Below are positions 34,609 to 38,665 of a stretch of DNA of 38,665 bases, one piece after another. Within the stretch, counting starts at the first letter, position 1. The number at the start of each line of letters is the position of its first letter. This stretch comes from a virus (taxonomy: Duplodnaviria > Caudoviricetes). The notes under the pieces were generated by a model that was not told where the DNA came from, searched no databases, and saw only the letters and a program-made list of their open reading frames with translations. The position numbers and the translations under genes were made by a program. The DNA lies in IMG/VR virus record IMGVR_UViG_3300034084_000027, positions 1 to 38,665 of that record, one strand, 5' to 3'.

Positions 34609-34895
34609 GGCTTTACCTCTGGGGGGGATGGGGCCATGTAATGCGTGGCCGTTTCTTCTTCTTTTGTTTCGGCAGCGAATCCAACCCCATAGTTAGTTCC
34701 ATCCCACAACAATAGAAGATTCCCCTTAGGTGCGGATTCAATAGGCAACCACCCGTTTTTATCCGGCAGTGGACACCACTCTGGGATGGTTTCAGAGTTC
34801 ACAACCTTAATCATTAAATTTTCGCACAAGCTCTCGTCTCCACTAAAAAAATAGCAAGAGTCACAGGAATACACCTCTAATATTTTTCCACTCAT
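34605..34895 (-). CDS. Cys-rich plus DUF551-like protein
   Basis: SCDSC...IPEWCPL...WLPIESAPK...THYM.P.PP. Confidence 0.7.
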   Translation of the reverse strand: MSGKILEVYSCDSCYFFSGDESLCENLMIKVVNSETIPEWCPLPDKNGWLPIESAPKGNLLLLWDGTNYGVGFAAETKEEETATHYMAPSPPEVKP

Positions 34896-35062
34896 GGCTG
34901 ATTGTCCTCCGCTCCTGTATTGTCTTGATTGCGCCAGACAGGGCAGTCTGGTCCCAGACATGCCCCCATTCCACGGATGCAGGAAGAACATTCCCCGCAC
35001 ACCGGAACGTCATCAGCATCCGTGTATGCGTCTATTAAGATTGTTTTGGTCGTCTTATTCAT
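34892..35062 (-). CDS. Small Cys-rich hypothetical protein
   Basis: MNKTTKTILIDAY...CGECSSC...CLGPDCPVW. Confidence 0.55.
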   Translation of the reverse strand: MNKTTKTILIDAYTDADDVPVCGECSSCIRGMGACLGPDCPVWRNQDNTGAEDNQP

Positions 35063-35093
35063 GTCTTTCCCTTTTTTAAAAAATGTCTTGTGA

Positions 35094-35164
35094 CGGTGGC
35101 GCAGGTGCCATCGAAACACCAACCTTCCCCTGCCGGGTCTGTTCTCCCATTGAACTATGCGCAT
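35094..35164 (-). ncRNA. Degenerate tRNA-like element
   Basis: GCGCA/TGCGC acceptor, TAGTTCAATGGGAGAAC D-arm, GGTGT-TTCGATG-GCACC T-arm; anticodon arm non-canonical. Confidence 0.5.
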
Positions 35165-35293
35165 CTTCGCTTTATAGGCTGCCGCCGTCAATCGCGCTCT
35201 TTACACCGCCACAAGACAAACATCTAACAATCTGCAACGCACACCGAATGGTAATGGCTTTGCCGTTTACGTATTTGATTAGGTCGAAGGTGG

Positions 35294-35461
35294 TCATTCG
35301 GTCGAATCTTGTACGTTTCTGACAACTTTTTTTAGCGCAGACGACGTATACGGTTCGCGCTTGTCAGTTAAGACCACGCCCATGGTTACAACGTCAGACA
35401 CGATGGCGATAGGGGTTTCGATTACAACGCCGACAACTGCTTTCAGTAAATTTCCGAACAT
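35294..35461 (-). CDS. Small conserved phage protein (55 aa)
   Basis: MFGNLLKAVVGVVIETPIAIVSDVVTMG..LTDK.EPYT; AGGAGGAG RBS. Confidence 0.7.
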   Translation of the reverse strand: MFGNLLKAVVGVVIETPIAIVSDVVTMGVVLTDKREPYTSSALKKVVRNVQDSTE

Positions 35462-35488
35462 AATAACTCCTCCTGTGTTAATCTGAAA

Positions 35489-35599
35489 AAGGGCGGGCAG
35501 GGCTTGAACCTGCATTTGTCCCAAGCGCAACGCAAGGAATCGAACCTTGCCAATCTCCACCTACACGGTGGAAGCGTCTCCCAATTTCGCCACCGCCCT
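35489..35599 (-). ncRNA. tRNA-like RNA with two T-arms (~111 nt)
   Basis: AGGGCGG/CCGCCCT acceptor, TGGCGAAATTGGGAGACGC D-arm, TCCAC-CGTGTAG-GTGGA arm, CAAGG-TTCGATT-CCTTG and GCAGG-TTCAAGC-CCTGC. Confidence 0.65.
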
Positions 35600-35632
35600 T
35601 AACTCTTTGCCAGGCTTTCCCTGGACTGCATT

Positions 35633-36049
35633 TTACTTGCTGGTACGAAGATCAACATCCGGGAGAATTGTCTCGGGCTTAAACACCACCTTGTATCGGT
35701 ATGCGCTTGTCGCAGTCCCTTCCAACTGCTCAGAGAAATAAGTGACATTATCCGATAGGCCAAGGTAGTGCTTTTTGTAAGAGTTTTCGCCTGTCTTGCA
35801 TGTAACCGCCAACTTTTCTCCATGCTCTACCTGGCAGCGGCCCTCGATGGTCAGTATATAGGTTCCGGTGATGCCATTGTAAAATACAATCCTCCGGTCA
35901 ATATTGAAATTGCCCGCTTCCAGCGAAAGGTTTCGAGACACTACCTCTGCGTCAGTTGAGCATCCAGAAATCAACAGAAGAAAAAACAACCCCGAAATAA
36001 ACAGAAGAAAAAACAACCCCACCACCGCCAAGTATTTTGCTTTCTGCAT
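35633..36049 (-). CDS. Phage beta-sandwich lipoprotein
   Basis: Lipobox ISGC; DA.VVS.NLS.EA.NF.I.RRIVFYNGITG.Y.L.IEGRC...YKKHYLGLSDNVTYFSEQ. Confidence 0.85.
   Translation of the reverse strand: MQKAKYLAVVGLFFLLFISGLFFLLLISGCSTDAEVVSRNLSLEAGNFNIDRRIVFYNGITGTYILTIEGRCQVEHGEKLAVTCKTGENSYKKHYLGLSDNVTYFSEQLEGTATSAYRYKVVFKPETILPDVDLRTSK
35967..36020. repeat. 27-nt tandem duplication in the lipoprotein signal peptide
   Basis: GAAAT(C/A)AACAGAAGAAAAAACAACCCC x2. Confidence 0.9.
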
Positions 36050-36100
36050 TGTCAAGCTCTCCTTTTTAATTTTTCAACCACTCAACCACCATATGAAGCC

Positions 36101-36129
36101 ATAATACAAAATCCACGGTGTTCTGTCAA
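36101..36129 (-). promoter_or_regulatory. Leftward early promoter
   Basis: Minus strand TTGACA-N17-TATTAT. Confidence 0.8.
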
Positions 36130-36163
36130 CAAAAAATATTGTGCGCAAAGTAAAATAAAGTGG

Positions 36164-36191
36164 TTGACAAAACCTTTGCCTGTGATAAGGT
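36164..36191 (+). promoter_or_regulatory. Rightward early promoter
   Basis: TTGACA-N16-TAAGGT with an extended TG, back-to-back with the leftward promoter. Confidence 0.6.
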
Positions 36192-36238
36192 AAATAAAAA
36201 GCAAGTTGGTTTTTAATACAAACATGGAGGGGATGACA

Positions 36239-36415
36239 ATGGGTGCTTTTGGACGCGCATTCGCCACTAGAAAAGAAGCAAACGCTTTTTTGAAAAAACA
36301 TGATCCACACGGCTGGAAGGGGGAATCTGTTCGGAAAATGAGCAAGAAACTTTTCCCAAGGCGGAAAAAGCTGTTCCATGTTGGGACTGATCTTGACTTC
36401 ATTAATTTTGCATAG
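36239..36415 (+). CDS. Small basic hypothetical protein
   Basis: GGAGG RBS; first gene of the rightward arm. Confidence 0.65.
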   Translation: MGAFGRAFATRKEANAFLKKHDPHGWKGESVRKMSKKLFPRRKKLFHVGTDLDFINFA

Positions 36416-36426
36416 GGCTACCACAC

Positions 36427-36795
36427 ATGTCAAAATTCAACGCCGATCACTGGCTACGCACAAGAAAGGAAGTGCTCATGCAAATAGGATGGGTCGAGCC
36501 AGAACATTTCCATTTTTTCTGGAACATCAAAGACGAATACAAGGCCATGCTTGCGGCATTAAGCAAAGAATGCCAGTTGCAGGAGATAGCTAGGCTATTC
36601 TGTTGTTCAGTTGGTACGATCCAGCGCGACAAGTACATGCTTGGACTGACCAAAAAGACACCAGGAGGAAGCAACCGTAAAAAGAGAATGTTCAGTTACA
36701 AAGGACGGCTCCTTTCCTGCGCCGAGATAGCGGCACTTGAGGGTGTCGGATATAATACAGCCTATTTATGGCTTACAAAGGGGAGGTTAAGTTAA
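36427..36795 (+). CDS. Protein with two HTH-like segments
   Basis: LQEIARLFCCSVGTIQR and FSYKGRLLSCAEIAALEGVGYNTAYLWL. Confidence 0.65.
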   Translation: MSKFNADHWLRTRKEVLMQIGWVEPEHFHFFWNIKDEYKAMLAALSKECQLQEIARLFCCSVGTIQRDKYMLGLTKKTPGGSNRKKRMFSYKGRLLSCAEIAALEGVGYNTAYLWLTKGRLS

Positions 36796-37340
36796 TGTGT
36801 GAGTTTGTCAGTTGGTTGGAATATAAAGGAAAAATATATTTCCTCTCAGACAAAGAGCTGAAAAGCAGAAGGGGAAAAGAGTTATCACAATACGGACACA
36901 ACAAGGACAACTGGCGCGGTCATTGGGCAATATGCTGGTATTACGGGATAGAGCGTCGAAAATCAATACGGCGCGAATGTGAAGATTTTTCAACCCCGGC
37001 CAACTTCCCAGAAGAAATATGCACAGCTATACGCGCTGGACAAATGACCATGTTTCGTTCTCAACCTGCCGAGCTGCTATCTGATCAGGCGTGGGAGCAG
37101 TACAAAGCCATCAGGGTTCAGGCGTGGGAGCAGCGAGAAGCCATCAGGGTTCCGGCGTGGGAGCAGTACGAAGCCATCAGGGTTCCGGCGTGGGAGCAGC
37201 GAGAAGCCATCAGGGTTCAGGCGTGGGAGCAGTACGAAGCCATCAGGGTTCCGGCGTGGGAGCAGTACGAAGCCATAACGGCTCAGGCGTTCTGGAAACT
37301 TTTCAAGAAGATTAAAAACCGCGCCGAGGCGTGGAAATAA
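36795..37340 (+). CDS. Phage protein with 11-aa helical repeats
   Basis: MCEFVSW...GH.AI..YY...ECEDFSTP.NFP.EI, then (AWEQ[YR]EAIRV[PQ])x6. Confidence 0.8.
   Translation: MCEFVSWLEYKGKIYFLSDKELKSRRGKELSQYGHNKDNWRGHWAICWYYGIERRKSIRRECEDFSTPANFPEEICTAIRAGQMTMFRSQPAELLSDQAWEQYKAIRVQAWEQREAIRVPAWEQYEAIRVPAWEQREAIRVQAWEQYEAIRVPAWEQYEAITAQAFWKLFKKIKNRAEAWK
37086..37283 (+). repeat. 33-nt coding tandem repeat, 6 units
   Basis: C(A/C)GGCGTGGGAGCAG(TAC/CGA)GAAGCCATCAGGGTT. Confidence 0.95.
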
Positions 37341-37358
37341 AAAGTGGAGGTTAAGCTA

Positions 37359-37505
37359 ATGCTGTGTATCAAAACAGGAAGACCAACCATAAACGTGGTG
37401 CTGTGCCTGAAATGCAAGCGTAATTGCGAACATTCCGGGCGTATCAAGATGTTGGATGAAATGATGCGAGAAGAGTTACGACCTAATATAGAGGTGGTCA
37501 GATGA
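37359..37505 (+). CDS. Small Cys-containing hypothetical protein (48 aa)
   Basis: GGAGG RBS; CLKCKRNCEH; ATGA overlap. Confidence 0.55.
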   Translation: MLCIKTGRPTINVVLCLKCKRNCEHSGRIKMLDEMMREELRPNIEVVR

Positions 37506-37885
37506 GCGATAAATATAAACCTGAGTGGTGGGCAAGTAGAATTCCTTTTATTTCAGCGTTTGCCGCAGGAGAAAAGGTTTTATATTGCGGGATGTGGGTT
37601 GATGAAATGAGGTTTGATGGGAACTTGAGTGACTACACCATCGCACCCAAGACAATAACAGTAAACGGGTTCGAGGTGCCTGCGCCGGAGACTGTTGCGC
37701 CTACCAAAAAGACGTATTTCATCCCCGTTGTGGGGGATGAAGAAATGGTTAGAGTATGCTTTTGGGATGACCACCGCTTCGACCTTGATAGATTAAAGCG
37801 CGGCATTGTCTACATAAACAAAGACCACGCCATAGCCAGAGCAAAGGCAATGCTCGGCATCGACCCTGCGGAGGATTGCAAATGA
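37502..37885 (+). CDS. Conserved phage hypothetical protein
   Basis: PKTITVNGFEVPAPE...YF.P...W.....D...LKRG..Y..K..AIA.AKAM. Confidence 0.75.
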   Translation: MSDKYKPEWWASRIPFISAFAAGEKVLYCGMWVDEMRFDGNLSDYTIAPKTITVNGFEVPAPETVAPTKKTYFIPVVGDEEMVRVCFWDDHRFDLDRLKRGIVYINKDHAIARAKAMLGIDPAEDCK

Positions 37886-38124
37886 TCCCCCACCGATCCG
37901 GCACCACAACCCAACTATGGCGTACTCATATCGAAATTTGCCCGATAACATCCGGCCTTGAAACGAAAATGACCCGGCCAACCTGGGACAAAGTGTGCCA
38001 GGACAGGCGCAGGGCTGCAAAGGCAAAGGAAACGCAGAACAGCGGCGACCCACATGCCAAGTTTTGCAGGAAGTGCAAGGGGCAGATTGTACCGGCAGAA
38101 CTTACCTTTATTGAGATTAACTGA
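37882..38124 (+). CDS. Hypothetical protein (start uncertain)
   Basis: ATGA-coupled ORF with CRKC; could start later at MTRPTW. Confidence 0.4.
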   Translation: MIPHRSGTTTQLWRTHIEICPITSGLETKMTRPTWDKVCQDRRRAAKAKETQNSGDPHAKFCRKCKGQIVPAELTFIEIN

Positions 38125-38133
38125 GGGAGAGAA

Positions 38134-38665
38134 ATGAAAAACAAAATAATAGCGTACAAGGCATTTGACCAAAACATGCAATGCCGTGGATTTCAGTATG
38201 TAGAGGGCGAAACATATAAGCACACCGGAAAGGTTTCTCCTTGTAAGGCTGGATTTCACTCCTGCGAGAACCCTATTGATATTTTCCAGTATTATAATCC
38301 TGGAACCAGCGTATTCCATATGGTGGAGGTTGGCGGGGAAATATCCAGGCACGACGAGGACAGCAAGGTAGCATGTTCTGAAATAAAAATAGGAGCATCA
38401 ATCTTTTTGCCTGACCTGATCGGCGCGTCTATCAAATTTATGTTTGAGCGAAAATATACTAAAAAAACGTCTAAGCACTCCACAGGGGACAGATCGGCAT
38501 CATCGGCCACCGGGTACAGCTCGGCATCATCGGCCACAGGGGACAGCTCGGCATCATCGGCCACCGGGTACAGCTCGGCATCATCGGCCACCGGGTACAG
38601 CTCGGCATCATCGGCCACCGGGTACAGATCGGCATCATCGGCCACCGGGTACAGCTCGGCATCAT
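38134..38665 (+). CDS. DUF7666-like protein N-terminus with SATG repeats (continues at position 1)
   Basis: MKNKIIAYKAFDQNMQCRGFQYVEGETY...C.AGFHSCENP.D.F.YY...DSKVACSEIKI; no stop before the window end. Confidence 0.85.
   Translation, partial: MKNKIIAYKAFDQNMQCRGFQYVEGETYKHTGKVSPCKAGFHSCENPIDIFQYYNPGTSVFHMVEVGGEISRHDEDSKVACSEIKIGASIFLPDLIGASIKFMFERKYTKKTSKHSTGDRSASSATGYSSASSATGDSSASSATGYSSASSATGYSSASSATGYRSASSATGYSSAS
38485..38665 (+). repeat. 27-nt coding tandem repeat (includes terminal repeat copy 2, 38539-38665)
   Basis: Same unit as 1-234. Confidence 0.95.

Noticed and set aside
35489-35599. Functional tRNA-Thr(TGT) or tRNA-derived attP site
   Set aside because: The extra T-arm and G33 are incompatible with a canonical tRNA, and no integrase is visible to use an attP.
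37086-37283. 33-nt repeats as a CRISPR array or DGR template/variable repeats
   Set aside because: There are no spacers, the variation is not adenine-specific, and the genome has no reverse transcriptase.
38539-38665. Biological terminal repeat of the virion DNA
   Set aside because: It is exactly 127 nt, a typical assembler k-mer, and lies mid-gene within a tandem repeat, so assembly overlap is more likely.
38292-38665. Minus-strand ORFs (VADDAELYP and MMPSCTRWP repeats)
   Set aside because: These are antisense shadows of the + strand repeat gene.

Overview
This window looks like a complete, circularly assembled ~38.5 kb tailed dsDNA phage genome with podovirus-type morphogenesis genes. Positions 1-127 exactly repeat 38539-38665, and the junction falls inside a 27-nt tandem-repeat gene. 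Divergent sigma70-like promoters at ~36.1 kb split the genome into two arms. The short leftward arm (33.3-36.05 kb) holds a lipoprotein, two aberrant tRNA-like elements, Lar-like and other small genes. The long rightward arm runs from early small genes through a minimal C5-MTase-like gene, ERF, NinB-like, DUF968, a wHTH initiator with an origin-like region, SF2 helicase, primase and HNH. It continues through TerS/TerL, portal, scaffold, capsid, decoration proteins, adaptor/nozzle, two GNATs, ejection proteins, a C1q-tipped fibre, an M15 endolysin and a holin. I see no integrase, CI-like repressor, DNA polymerase, reverse transcriptase or CRISPR array. The most unusual signals are non-coding: a ~300-nt nested multi-stem RNA (2410-2712) behind an attenuator-like leader, a C4/CI-like cloverleaf with an upstream complementary target before the initiator, and a tRNA-like RNA with two T-arms. 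A pre-lysis cassette also stands out: a 22-aa peptide, a membrane protein with a permuted papain-like domain, and a stand-alone HisKA-like protein. All family assignments are by eye from motifs; no searches or folding programs were run.
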